From contig JAUYKQ010000027.1 of NCBI GenBank assembly GCA_030699905.1, positions 1,293 through 65,292 of the forward strand: a DNA stretch of 64,000 bases, read 5' to 3'. Shown here one piece after another: positions 1-9,083 of the stretch (within the stretch, counting starts at the first letter, position 1; each line of letters opens with the position of its first letter). The translations under genes and the position numbers were made by a program. The stretch is from a bacterium. GTDB taxonomy: Bacteria; Patescibacteriota; Minisyncoccia; Phycocordibacterales; GCA-002787175. The notes below the pieces were generated by a model. The model was not told the DNA's origin. It was given only the letters and a program-made list of their open reading frames with translations, and made no database searches.

Positions 1-112
1 CCGTAAACATCACAGACCCGTATCTCAAAGCCGACGCGTTTATCGTAATCGCCAGAGAGATTAACACTCGGTTAAAGCGGTAACGGTAAAAACAAAAAGT
101 TTTACATTTACA

Positions 113-143
113 CAACCCCGGAGTTTTGCACTCGGGGTTTTTT
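113..143 (+). terminator. Rho-independent terminator of an upstream gene truncated by the window edge
   Basis: AACCCCGGAG...CTCGGGGTT hairpin followed by a T run. Confidence 0.6.
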
Positions 144-217
144 GTTGCATTTAGGAAAAAAGGAGTACCGCCTCTTGGGCGGGGAGGGCTTTTTTCTCCC
201 TTTCGTAAAGGGTTAGG

Positions 218-350
218 GAATTTTCAATTTTCAATCAAATCCCGAAATTTTCAATGCATCAAATTCGTAAGCAGTGTTCGCCCCTCCTTGCTTTCTTGTT
301 TAAAAATTGATTCATTGAAAATTGATTGAAAATTGCAAAATTGAAAATTC
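218..350. repeat. Heptamer-built fold-back element, family D copy 1
   Basis: (TTTTCAA)n left arm, (TTGAAAA)n right arm; closely similar to 17228-17385. Confidence 0.85.
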
Positions 351-356
351 TCTTTT

Positions 357-417
357 TCCTAAATCCTAAATCCTAAATCCTAAATCCTAAATCCTAAATC
401 CTAAATCCTAAATCCTA
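357..417. repeat. Tandem heptamer (TCCTAAA) x8 plus partial unit
   Basis: Perfect 7-bp tandem array read directly. Confidence 0.95.
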
Positions 418-421
418 TCCA

Positions 422-1177
422 TTAATGTGATACGCTCACCAAGTAGCCGATAACTATAAGTCCCAAGATAAAAGCAAAAACCACGCGGTAAAGCTCTTTG
501 TGTCCGGCTCTGTGATGTATTTCCGGAATGATGTCGGATGCGGCAATATAGGTGAAAATTCCTGAAGCCGCTGCCAATAGAAAAGCCAAACGGTTTTCAA
601 AAAATCCGGCTGCGTAGAATCCGATAAACACCCCGACCACAGTCAAAAGTGAAGACAAGATGTTCACCATTATTATATTCAGTTTCTTCCACCCTTGGTC
701 TAAAAGTATTGAGAAGTCGCCGATTTCTTGCGGAATTTCGTGGGCGGCAATGGCGATAGCAGTAGTGAGGCCAAGAGCCGGATTTGCGACATAGGCGAGA
801 GCGATAACAATACCGTCAAGAAAATTATGCAAAGAGTCCCCTGTGATTATAAGGAGAGGCAACGACTCGGTGTGTTCGCCGTGTTCGCCCGCTTCTCCTT
901 CGGTGTGGTAGTGAAAGTATCTCATAAGTACTCTTTCAATGATGAAAAACGCGGTAAATCCCACGAGAAAAGCCAAAAATATCGCATGCGGTTCTTCCAC
1001 CATTTCGACGGCTTCCGGTAAAATGTCCAGAAAAGCAACTCCGATAAAAGCTCCCGCCGAAAAAGACAAAAGAGGAGTTATGACTTTGGCCGCGTAGTTT
1101 GATTTCCATATAAGAAGAAGCCCTCCGACAAGAGAGAAAAGTCCTGCAATAAGAGCATAGAGAGTAAGTTGAAGCAT
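422..1177 (-). CDS. ZIP family zinc transporter (ZupT-like)
   Basis: HNFLDG and HEIPQEIGDF ZIP motifs, His-rich loop, multiple TM helices. Confidence 0.92.
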   Translation of the reverse strand: MLQLTLYALIAGLFSLVGGLLLIWKSNYAAKVITPLLSFSAGAFIGVAFLDILPEAVEMVEEPHAIFLAFLVGFTAFFIIERVLMRYFHYHTEGEAGEHGEHTESLPLLIITGDSLHNFLDGIVIALAYVANPALGLTTAIAIAAHEIPQEIGDFSILLDQGWKKLNIIMVNILSSLLTVVGVFIGFYAAGFFENRLAFLLAAASGIFTYIAASDIIPEIHHRAGHKELYRVVFAFILGLIVIGYLVSVSH

Positions 1178-1228
1178 TTTATGATGTTAATAAATTAATA
1201 AATTGACAAAGGCCGAACAATACGAAAT

Positions 1229-1663
1229 CTAATAGCCAAGATAAGCGCAATTTTTACACAAGCCAAAAAATTCAAGCAAATGGTTTTTGACTTTGAATTT
1301 TTTGTCCCGTAAAATCTTTCTTTCCACTTTTTCCAAATCTTCGTCCAAAATAACGTCTTCCACTTTTTCGCACACGGTGCACACCGCGTGATGGTGGTGG
1401 GGAAGTCCCGCTATTTCGTATCTTTTCTTTCCGTCTCCGAATTCAATTTCTGAAATCACTTCTTCTTTCTTTAAAAAATCCAATTCTCGGTAAATCGTTG
1501 TTTTGTTGAATTTTCGCACGGTTTTTGCCGCCTCACTCAAAATAGCGCCAGCCGAAAAGGGCTTCCTGTTTTCAGCCAAAAAACCGACTATAAACGACCT
1601 GTTTTTGGTAACCTTATGTCCACGCTCTTTAAGCGAGCGTAGTATGTTTTCCGAAAATGTCAT
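1229..1663 (-). CDS. Fur family regulator, probably Zur (start moved to ATG 1663)
   Basis: TIYREL helix, HHHHAVCTVC and CKNC motifs; next to ZIP transporter; ORF extension to 1819 runs through a repeat element. Confidence 0.9.
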   Translation of the reverse strand: MTFSENILRSLKERGHKVTKNRSFIVGFLAENRKPFSAGAILSEAAKTVRKFNKTTIYRELDFLKKEEVISEIEFGDGKKRYEIAGLPHHHHAVCTVCEKVEDVILDEDLEKVERKILRDKKFKVKNHLLEFFGLCKNCAYLGY

Positions 1664-1679
1664 ATTTGCTGTTATGGTA

Positions 1680-1821
1680 CTGTGCATTACGAAATGTCTT
1701 TTTCGGCGAGGTCTTCGTGGCGCACGGAGATTTTTTACTAAAAATCTCCTCTCTCCGGCTAGAGCCGCGCCTCCGAAGGCGCCTCTCAAACCTCGCCTCA
1801 ACACCATTTCGTAATTCAAGG
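1680..1821. mobile_element. MITE-like fold-back element, family A copy 1 (142 bp)
   Basis: Ends CTGTGCATTACGAAATG / CATTTCGTAATTCAAGG; near-identical to 19864-20005 and 59936-60077. Confidence 0.85.
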
Positions 1822-1907
1822 TATAGTAGCAATTTAATAATGTATCCGTTTGAAAAAAACCTAAGGCATAGCGCGTGTCAAAAGTTTCTCTGGCAACGGA
1901 CTACTAT

Positions 1908-1936
1908 ATAATATGCAACTGGGTTGCGTTTGTCAA
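1908..1936 (-). promoter_or_regulatory. Sigma70 promoter of the zur-zip operon with palindromic operator in the spacer
   Basis: TTGACA-17-TATTAT on minus strand; spacer holds GCAAC-CCA-GTTGC. Confidence 0.75.
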
Positions 1937-1937
1937 A

Positions 1938-2229
1938 TAAAAAAGCGGCTCTGCTTTGTAAAAGCAGAGCCGTACGCCATCCCGAGATGGCGTACAGTCC
2001 ACAAGAGCGCCCGAACCGTACCAGTTGGTGGCAGTGGACTGTAGAACAAACGCTGGGAGCATCCGTGGCTCAACTCAACGGAGCGCGGTTTAGGCCGGGC
2101 GAAGTCGGCCTTCGGCGCGACGTAGTCACTTCGGCTTGTGACGAAGTCGGCCTTTTCCTCGCGGACATTTCCCTCCAGACAATAGGGGAAAGGTTGAGGA
2201 GCGACAATCAGATGCTCCCAGCTAAAACT
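1938..2229 (-). ncRNA. Candidate structured non-coding RNA (family unassigned; 6S-like is one possibility)
   Basis: Own TTGACA-17-TATCAT promoter (2264-2236), 12-bp closing stem GCTGGGAGCATC/GATGCTCCCAGC, further hairpins, terminator at 1938-1972. Confidence 0.6.
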
Positions 2230-2390
2230 TGCAAGATGATACACTTTTACAATTTTTTTGTCAACTTTTTGTATTCGTCCACCACTAACAAGGGAAGCCG
2301 GGGAATAGGTAAATCACAAAAAGACGCCTGACCTTAAATATAAAATATCGTCCATTATCCTACTGTTTATTATTCATTCCCATTATATCC

Positions 2391-2927
2391 CTACGGACAA
2401 CTGCCGCCGAATGTCATGATGCCGTTCGTACCGTTACCGTAGTGAAATGGTTGACCGTTGCACGCAATTACACCATCAGTGTTTTGTATGGGGTTAGATG
2501 TATCTTCTAAACGATACAATATCATATACCACTGTTGATTTGTCTGTCCCGGAGCGCGATAGCCACCTGAATAATACGAATAGGTGTAATTACCGTTGTA
2601 CGCATGGCCGGGAGATATGCTATTGCTGTTAACCGGATCCACAGGCATCATTGGAAGATACGGCTCCAGTGCCGTGCCGAGGACGCCCGTCTCCCATGTG
2701 GTTTGGTGACTGCTGACCCAGGAGGTATAAGGATAATATCCGCGGTCGTCATAATACAATTCCAACGCTTTTTGAATTTCTCGAATTTCAGTTATCCTCC
2801 TCGTATCCCTCGCCCTCTTTCGCGCGCCGTCTAAACTCGAAAAAACCACTGACGACAGCAGGCCTATGATGGCTATCACCACTAAAAGTTCTATCAGAGT
2901 GAATCCTCGCTTGCTTCGCAAGTTCAC
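2391..2927 (-). CDS. Type IV pilin / GspG-like protein; leader interrupted by a 58-bp insert (original start probably 2979)
   Basis: RG|[17 protein letters not shown]-methylation motif, ARDTRR, YYDDRGYYP, DP motif. Confidence 0.88.
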   Translation of the reverse strand: MNLRSKRGFTLIELLVVIAIIGLLSSVVFSSLDGARKRARDTRRITEIREIQKALELYYDDRGYYPYTSWVSSHQTTWETGVLGTALEPYLPMMPVDPVNSNSISPGHAYNGNYTYSYYSGGYRAPGQTNQQWYMILYRLEDTSNPIQNTDGVIACNGQPFHYGNGTNGIMTFGGSCP

Positions 2928-2971
2928 ACCTGTTTTGGAAAAAACAGGTGTGGGGGGTAAACCCTTTTTTA

Positions 2972-3187
2972 TTATTCATATAAAAATTCAGCACCTATGT
3001 CTGCCTCTATGATTTGACCATTATCATAATCTGACCATACCCTATGAGAAAGATAATCGTTTATGAAAAAGACCACTAAAATCAAAAGAGTGAGGCCGAG
3101 AAAGATATCCGACGCGTTGTAGTAAATGACAATCTTGGCATCTTTCCTGCTGTCATGCATATGTCTTTTGTGGATGAATTTAAACAT
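2972..3187 (-). CDS. Small single-TM hypothetical protein (start moved to 3187)
   Basis: Hydrophobic segment IFLGLTLLILVVFFI; upstream ORF extension is repeat family B. Confidence 0.5.
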   Translation of the reverse strand: MFKFIHKRHMHDSRKDAKIVIYYNASDIFLGLTLLILVVFFINDYLSHRVWSDYDNGQIIEADIGAEFLYE

Positions 3188-3196
3188 GTTTATATT

Positions 3197-3357
3197 CTTT
3201 GAATTACGAAACTCCAAATCCGCGTCTTTCTTTTCAATTTCGGCTACGGCTTTGCAAAAATTATTCAACAGATACTCTGTATATGCCTCATAATTTTTGC
3301 TTCGCCTCGCCCGAAATTGAAAAGAAATCCATCGGAAGCGAGTTTCGTAACTCAAAG
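3197..3357. mobile_element. MITE-like fold-back element, family B copy 1 (161 bp)
   Basis: Ends CTTTGAATTACGAAACTC / GAGTTTCGTAACTCAAAG; three differences seen versus 31531-31691. Confidence 0.85.
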
Positions 3358-3402
3358 TTATTATACGATAGTTTGTAATGGACACAACCGCTCCAATACT
3401 CG

Positions 3403-5358
3403 CTAATATAGAGGGTTGGCAAAGAGTTCCTCCAGCTCTTTTATATTGATAAATTCTTGAGGGGCTTTTATGTCAAGAGGTTGATTTATGTCAAAAAAAG
3501 AGTAGCGGGAGTCCAAAAAATATTGTTTGTTTTTAAGGCGGGCCGAATCGGAAATCGGAATCATTCGTGTCTGGTATCTGACTTGCGCGGGGAATCCGTC
3601 CTTGGTAAACCAGATGGCAAATTCGTTGTTTTCCTGCATGTGGTTGAAAAATGATTCAAACAATTCGCTCTCCAGAATCGCCGTAACTTTGGGGTCAGGT
3701 TCCCAATCTGCCTCCGCCCCTTCTTGGCCGTAAAGTTTTGGTGAAATCTCTTTTACTACGCGAGTGTAGACGGGTAGTATTTTTTCCCTATCCATTCCCA
3801 AAACGTATTTGTAAGCCGTCTTGCCACCAACTTTTTCTTTTTTGGCATTTCCTTTGACAAAGAAAAGTCCTTCGTCATTTACTATTTTCATGACCTCGGT
3901 GAAAGCAATCGCCATGTTATCGGGAGATGCTTCTTCCTCTTCTCCTTGTTCATACGCTCCAAAGTCGGATAATGGAAGAAAAGTATTTTCAACGTCGTCT
4001 TTTGAAATTTTAACCCATTTGCCTTTTATGAGACCCGGGTCAAAATAGGCGGAGATAAAGGGTAAACTTGGGAATTTATTTATGCGAACGTATAAAATTT
4101 CGTCAACTAACCGAAGGTCAAAATCAATCATGTAAGAAGAGTCACCGAATCCGGCGTCAACACCCACGTTGAATTCAGTGTTTGGTTTTATGTCCGACTG
4201 ATTTTCCGCCTGTTTTTCAAAATTGACGGCGCCGGAAAGAGCTCCCTCTAAAGAAAGTTCGCTTGGCATGGACAAAAACAGACGGTCTCTTGACTGAAGA
4301 AAGTCCACAACAGGGGGTGCCGGGGGAGAGCCGGTAAACTGATAGAAATAGAAATACGGTTGATTCTCGTCAAAAGTTAGGGTTTTCCCGGAAATTTGAG
4401 CGGACTTGGGTCCTGTGTTTGCGCTTATGCTGTAGGGAAGGCGTTTCTCAATTTCCCAAATGGCTTCGTCCGTTTCAAATTCAACGGAAAGTGTGTACCC
4501 CTGCCTGTCGCTGTCCACTATATATACGAAAGAATCGTCAATAAGGTTCTTGTTTTCGAAAAAAACATCTTTATTATTTTTATTGTAGCTTAATGTTTGC
4601 GAGTCGTTAAAGTATTCATCCAATGTTTTAGGATATCTGTTTTTGTTGTCGCCGGGATAAAAGCGCAGGTTATTCAAGGCCTCCAAAACATCCATTCTCT
4701 GCCTGTCTCTTTCAAACATCGGTCGTCTCGCTTCAACTTCCGAGTCATCGTAAGTGAAGGGACGAGCATTTGGTTCTCTATCCATTGAATAAAAAGAAAC
4801 GGCCAGCTCATAGCGGGCTGTATCCATATCGGCAAATTTGGCTATGCCTTTAGTCAGTATTTCCGAGCTGTTTTTGTATGGCGCTCCGCCAAAAAACCAC
4901 AGATTGTTTACATAGGCGTAAGCCGCTCCTCCCGTGAGCATCACTATCGCGGCTATGATAATGCTCATCATAACCCCGTGTTTTCTTGGCGAGGCGGGAG
5001 CAGAAGATGAAAGAACTTCACTTTTTGGCGAAATTTCAGAATCGGCATTTTGGAATGCGGAAGTTTCTTGGGTAGGGGGCAGCCACGGGTTTAGGGCGGG
5101 TTTGACTTTTTCTTTTGAGCCGTGATAGGAGTTTTGATATGATCCGTTCGGATAGTCGTTTAAAGATTTGTAACTGCTTTCCCGCGCTTTTATTTCCGGA
5201 GGAGGCATGGGGGACGTATGCGACGTATCCTGAAAGGCCTCGTTTATATCCGAATCGCTCCACGCCTGTTTTTTGAGCTCGTCTCTGATTTGGCTGTCAC
5301 TCATTCCATAATCGCGCGCTTCAATAATATATTTACGGACTTGCGAATCTGTTGCCAT
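3403..5358 (-). CDS. Large membrane-anchored hypothetical protein
   Basis: 651-aa ORF; small N-terminal domain, low-complexity linker, one TM helix, large beta-rich external region. Confidence 0.8.
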   Translation of the reverse strand: MATDSQVRKYIIEARDYGMSDSQIRDELKKQAWSDSDINEAFQDTSHTSPMPPPEIKARESSYKSLNDYPNGSYQNSYHGSKEKVKPALNPWLPPTQETSAFQNADSEISPKSEVLSSSAPASPRKHGVMMSIIIAAIVMLTGGAAYAYVNNLWFFGGAPYKNSSEILTKGIAKFADMDTARYELAVSFYSMDREPNARPFTYDDSEVEARRPMFERDRQRMDVLEALNNLRFYPGDNKNRYPKTLDEYFNDSQTLSYNKNNKDVFFENKNLIDDSFVYIVDSDRQGYTLSVEFETDEAIWEIEKRLPYSISANTGPKSAQISGKTLTFDENQPYFYFYQFTGSPPAPPVVDFLQSRDRLFLSMPSELSLEGALSGAVNFEKQAENQSDIKPNTEFNVGVDAGFGDSSYMIDFDLRLVDEILYVRINKFPSLPFISAYFDPGLIKGKWVKISKDDVENTFLPLSDFGAYEQGEEEEASPDNMAIAFTEVMKIVNDEGLFFVKGNAKKEKVGGKTAYKYVLGMDREKILPVYTRVVKEISPKLYGQEGAEADWEPDPKVTAILESELFESFFNHMQENNEFAIWFTKDGFPAQVRYQTRMIPISDSARLKNKQYFLDSRYSFFDINQPLDIKAPQEFINIKELEELFANPLY

Positions 5359-5546
5359 ATCTTACAATATTAACATTTATAAAACAAAAAAACTTAAACT
5401 TATCCACAAGCGCCGGAAGCACCGGCTGTTAAACATAGATGGAGTGCCAAAAAATTTTGCGTTGTTGGCATCAGCCGTTGGCAGAATCATCTTTTTTTGC
5501 TATATTTTTAGAGTTCAATTTAAAATACCCTGAATCATTTTTGAGC

Positions 5547-5618
5547 TCCGCGGTAGCTCAGCGGTAGAGCGATCGCCTGTTAAGCGATTGGTCGTAGGTT
5601 CGAATCCTACCCGCGGAG
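5547..5618 (+). tRNA. tRNA-Asn (GTT)
   Basis: Full cloverleaf, anticodon loop CT-GTT-AA, GGTTCGAATCC T-arm; CCA not encoded. Confidence 0.96.
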
Positions 5619-5647
5619 CTTAGAAATGATTCTTTAGTCAGTAGTCC

Positions 5648-5676
5648 TTGACATAAAACTTCTCAAATGTTATCCT
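5648..5676 (+). promoter_or_regulatory. Sigma70 promoter of the DEAD-box helicase gene
   Basis: TTGACA-17-TATCCT with TG extension; about 175-nt leader with hairpins follows. Confidence 0.65.
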
Positions 5677-5856
5677 TGACTCAAGCTTTTGATACTCGTG
5701 TGGGGCTCGGAGGCCACAGAAGAATAAACGCACTCGTTTACAACATTCTGATTTTATTACCTGCACAGCCCTGAAACAGCATTGCTTGTTTCAATAAATA
5801 ATATAAAGGGACTCCGGAAGAAATATATTCGGCCGGAGTCCCAAAGTACGATATAG

Positions 5857-7122
5857 ATGCAAACACAAACTAACCGACTTGGTAAAAGCGGCGGTTTTGG
5901 CCGTCGCAGACCTTCTTTTTCACGTTCCGGTACTGGTTACCGAGAGCGCAATCATTCTCAACCTTCCGGTCGAGGATTTTCAAGTAATGAGCGTAGCAGA
6001 GGCCGTTTTCGCAAAATGCCGACATTCAATCCTTCTCAATTTATAAATACCAATCCTGCCGATTTTACGGCGGAAGTGTACGAACCCAAACACCTTTTTT
6101 CAACTTTTGGCCTTTCCGCAAAACTTGTAGACGCTATCAGCGCGCTCGGCATGAAGTGGCCGTCTCCAATTCAGGACCAGATTATTCCACATATTCTTGA
6201 AGGTCGCGATGTTATCGGGCTTGCTGAAACCGGAACGGGGAAGACCGCCGCGTTTCTTATTCCGCTCATTGAAAAAACCCTAAAGGCGTACGGCAGACAG
6301 ACCCTCATCCTTACCCCTACACGCGAACTTGCCATTCAGGTTCGCGATGAACTGCAAAAACTTTCAAGCGGAAGCGGTATTTATTCCGTCATCTGCGTCG
6401 GAGGCACAAATATTCGTCCCCAGATTCAGGCATTGCGAAGAAAAAGTCATTTTGTCGTGGGGACGCCGGGACGCGTTCTTGACCTTATAAAACGAGGGGA
6501 TTTCAAACCCCAGTATGTTAGCGCGGTTGTGCTTGACGAAGCTGACAGAATGTTAGACATGGGATTTATCAATGATATGAGAAAAATATTGAGTAGCGCC
6601 CCTAAAGAGCGGGAAACTTTGCTTTTCTCGGCGACCATGTCAGACGCTACAAAACAAATCGTCAAAGAGTTTCTCCGCGAACCGGTTCTTGTGTCGGTAA
6701 AAAAGAGGGACGTAACCGGCAGTATCAAACAAGATGTCGTGCGTTGCAAAGAAGGCGAGAAATTTGAGATTTTGACCTCGCTTCTCGGTAAGCCCGACTT
6801 TACTCGCGTCCTCATTTTCGGAGCTATGAAGCATGGTGTTGAGAAATTGGCAAAACAGCTTTTGGCAAGCGGTATAAAGGCGGAGTCAATCCACGGAAAC
6901 AAAAATCATAGTCAGAGACAGCGGTCTTTGAAGTCCTTTAAAAACGGCGACAGCCGAGTGCTCGTCGCGACCGATGTTGCCGCGCGCGGTATCCATGTAG
7001 ATGACGTTTCTCACGTTATAAACTACGACTTACCCAATACTTTTGAAGATTATGTCCACAGAATCGGGAGAACAGGCAGAGTAGACAAAAGGGGAGTGGC
7101 TCTTACGTTCGTAAGTGTGTAA
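5857..7122 (+). CDS. DEAD-box RNA helicase
   Basis: Q motif, AETGTGKT, PTRELA, DEAD, SAT, HRIGRTGR. Confidence 0.96.
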   Translation: MQTQTNRLGKSGGFGRRRPSFSRSGTGYRERNHSQPSGRGFSSNERSRGRFRKMPTFNPSQFINTNPADFTAEVYEPKHLFSTFGLSAKLVDAISALGMKWPSPIQDQIIPHILEGRDVIGLAETGTGKTAAFLIPLIEKTLKAYGRQTLILTPTRELAIQVRDELQKLSSGSGIYSVICVGGTNIRPQIQALRRKSHFVVGTPGRVLDLIKRGDFKPQYVSAVVLDEADRMLDMGFINDMRKILSSAPKERETLLFSATMSDATKQIVKEFLREPVLVSVKKRDVTGSIKQDVVRCKEGEKFEILTSLLGKPDFTRVLIFGAMKHGVEKLAKQLLASGIKAESIHGNKNHSQRQRSLKSFKNGDSRVLVATDVAARGIHVDDVSHVINYDLPNTFEDYVHRIGRTGRVDKRGVALTFVSV

Positions 7123-7144
7123 ATATACAAAATACTAAACTACC

Positions 7145-7939
7145 CTACCGCCTTGAGGTGGCAGGGTAGTTTAGTTTGCTTCTGTAGATAATTGAAACGA
7201 GAGCGAAACTTAAAATAAGGAGCAGAGACCACGAGCCGATTTTGTGAAATGTGACAATATGCCAATATTCAGTTTGATTCGGGTATAGCCAAACGCGGGT
7301 AAAGGTGCCGATATTTTCGGCAATCCATACAAACAGGGAGGTCAGAAATACGGTCAAGAGAAAAGGCATACGGCGCGTCTTTTGGTAAACTTGGAAATGG
7401 ACTTCTGTTTTAAAAAAGAGGACGAATGCATACGTAAGCAAAAAGTATCTTATGTCGTAAAAAAAATGATGAGTGAAAAAGTTTAAATATATAAGCGAAG
7501 CAAGAATCCATAAGTGGTAATACGGAGGGAAATTCTCGTATGAAAGCTTCAAAAAAATGAAAGCCCGTGAAATATAGCTACCGACTGCCGAATATAGAAA
7601 ACCGGAAAACAATGGCACGGTTTTAATGGCGAAAACCGCGCTTCCTACGGCCGGGTAAAACCATGAACCGACGGATGGATGCGTTTTAAACAATTCCATT
7701 CCGGTCGCCAGTAGGTGGAAAATGATTATGACGGAAAATTCTTTCAGCCGTTCAAAACGAAACGCAAGGGCGCACATCTGAAAGCCGATTGCCATAAGGA
7801 AGATGAAATCGTATCGGCTCACAAACGGCACGGCAACAATTTCAGTCAAAAGAAATACGAAAAGCAGAAACGCGCCGAAATAGCTCGCGCGCAAATTGGC
7901 TATGAAAAAATACCTAAACTCAGCGAAAAAGTTTTTCAT
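7145..7939 (-). CDS. DUF817-like membrane protein
   Basis: RYDF, MELFKT, GSWFYP, VPLFSGFLYSAVGSY, WIAENIGTF motifs. Confidence 0.8.
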   Translation of the reverse strand: MKNFFAEFRYFFIANLRASYFGAFLLFVFLLTEIVAVPFVSRYDFIFLMAIGFQMCALAFRFERLKEFSVIIIFHLLATGMELFKTHPSVGSWFYPAVGSAVFAIKTVPLFSGFLYSAVGSYISRAFIFLKLSYENFPPYYHLWILASLIYLNFFTHHFFYDIRYFLLTYAFVLFFKTEVHFQVYQKTRRMPFLLTVFLTSLFVWIAENIGTFTRVWLYPNQTEYWHIVTFHKIGSWSLLLILSFALVSIIYRSKLNYPATSRR

Positions 7940-7962
7940 ATCTGCGGATATACTATCATAAA

Positions 7963-7984
7963 CTTTGAGTTACGAAACTCAAAG
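7963..7984. repeat. Minimal 22-bp form of the shared element end
   Basis: CTTTGAGTTACGAAACTCAAAG; inverted, slightly diverged copy at 9110-9131. Confidence 0.65.
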
Positions 7985-8159
7985 TTTCTTAATCTCCTAA
8001 CTTCTTAATCTCTTAATCTCTTAATTTTCTCACATACACAATTATGGACGACCGCCTTTAATTGTGTATGTCGTGATGGGTGAGTAAAAGACGGGCAGAT
8101 ACACTTACCTTGAATTGCGAAATGCGGCAGAAATCGGAATTTATGCTATAATAGCGGAA

Positions 8160-9083
8160 ATGAAAGGCGTTTTCCGTAAAATGTTTACGGTGCAAAATAT
8201 CTCGCTTTTTCTGTGTGCCTTGGTTTTTGCTTCGGCCTCGCTATTTTGGGGAGAGCATAAGAGGGTGGGATTGGCAAAAGAGCTGGCCGAAAAATCAGAA
8301 AATGAAAGGCAAGAGTTCGCTTCCTCCACTGAAAAGCTCATGACGCAAGTTATTGAACTTGAAGGAGAAATCACGGCCACCCGTCAGGACAATTCCATTT
8401 TGGCAAATCTTTTGCGAGCCGAACAAACGCAGACAGGCATGTTTAAAGAACAAATAGACAGAATAGCCGGCACTGTCGGTTCTTTGGACAAGTTAAGCAA
8501 TCTTGACCCCGAGCTTCTTCATAAGTATTCAAAAGTATATTTTCTGAACGAACATTACGAGCCGGAAGGGCTTTACGCAATCCCGCCGGAGTTTGCGTTT
8601 GACGAGAAGCAGATGCAAATCCATGTCAAGGTTTGGCCGTATTTGGAAGGGCTTTTGAACTCGGCCAAGCAAGACGGTTTGAATCTTTCGGTTATCTCCG
8701 CCTTTCGCTCTTTTGATACCCAGTCATCTTTGAAATCATTTTACAAAGTGGTTTATGGGGCGGGGACAGCCAATCAGTTTAGCGCCGACCAAGGGTATTC
8801 CGAACATCAGCTCGGTACGGCTGTTGATTTCACTAACCTTCAAATGGGGGCCAGTTTTTCCGGCTTTGAAAATTCGTCTGAATATGAGTGGCTAAAGCAA
8901 AATGCCTACAAATACGGTTTCGCGCTTTCTTATCCGGAAAATAATTCATATTACAAATTTGAGCCATGGCACTGGAGGTTTGTGGGCGTTGATTTGGCTC
9001 ATAGATTAAAAAGGGAAAATAAAAACTTTTACGAACTTGAGCAACGCGAAATAGACAGATTTCTTTTGGTGATTTTTGATTAG
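8160..9083 (+). CDS. M15 family D-Ala-D-Ala carboxypeptidase (VanY/LdcB-like) with coiled coil
   Basis: SAFRS, SEHQLGTAVD, EPWHWRFVG motifs; N-terminal TM. Confidence 0.9.
   Translation: MKGVFRKMFTVQNISLFLCALVFASASLFWGEHKRVGLAKELAEKSENERQEFASSTEKLMTQVIELEGEITATRQDNSILANLLRAEQTQTGMFKEQIDRIAGTVGSLDKLSNLDPELLHKYSKVYFLNEHYEPEGLYAIPPEFAFDEKQMQIHVKVWPYLEGLLNSAKQDGLNLSVISAFRSFDTQSSLKSFYKVVYGAGTANQFSADQGYSEHQLGTAVDFTNLQMGASFSGFENSSEYEWLKQNAYKYGFALSYPENNSYYKFEPWHWRFVGVDLAHRLKRENKNFYELEQREIDRFLLVIFD

Noticed and set aside
1-83. Possible 3' end of a CDS (...DAFIVIAREINTRLKR)
   Set aside because: Too short and truncated by the window edge to assign.
357-417. TTTAGGA repeat as a telomere
   Set aside because: Internal, intergenic and one of several heptamer arrays in a bacterial chromosome.
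1664-1819. N-terminal extension of Fur (MNYEMVLRRG...) and similar ORFs at 19761-20003 and 59884-60075
   Set aside because: Translations of repeat family A, not protein domains.
1938-2229. RNase P RNA, tmRNA or SRP RNA identity for the structured RNA
   Set aside because: Only loose resemblance to GAGGAAAGUCC; no matching 3' P4 strand, tRNA-like ends or SRP loop found.
8160-9083. Vancomycin resistance locus
   Set aside because: Lone M15 peptidase without vanHAX or vanRS; a housekeeping role is more likely.
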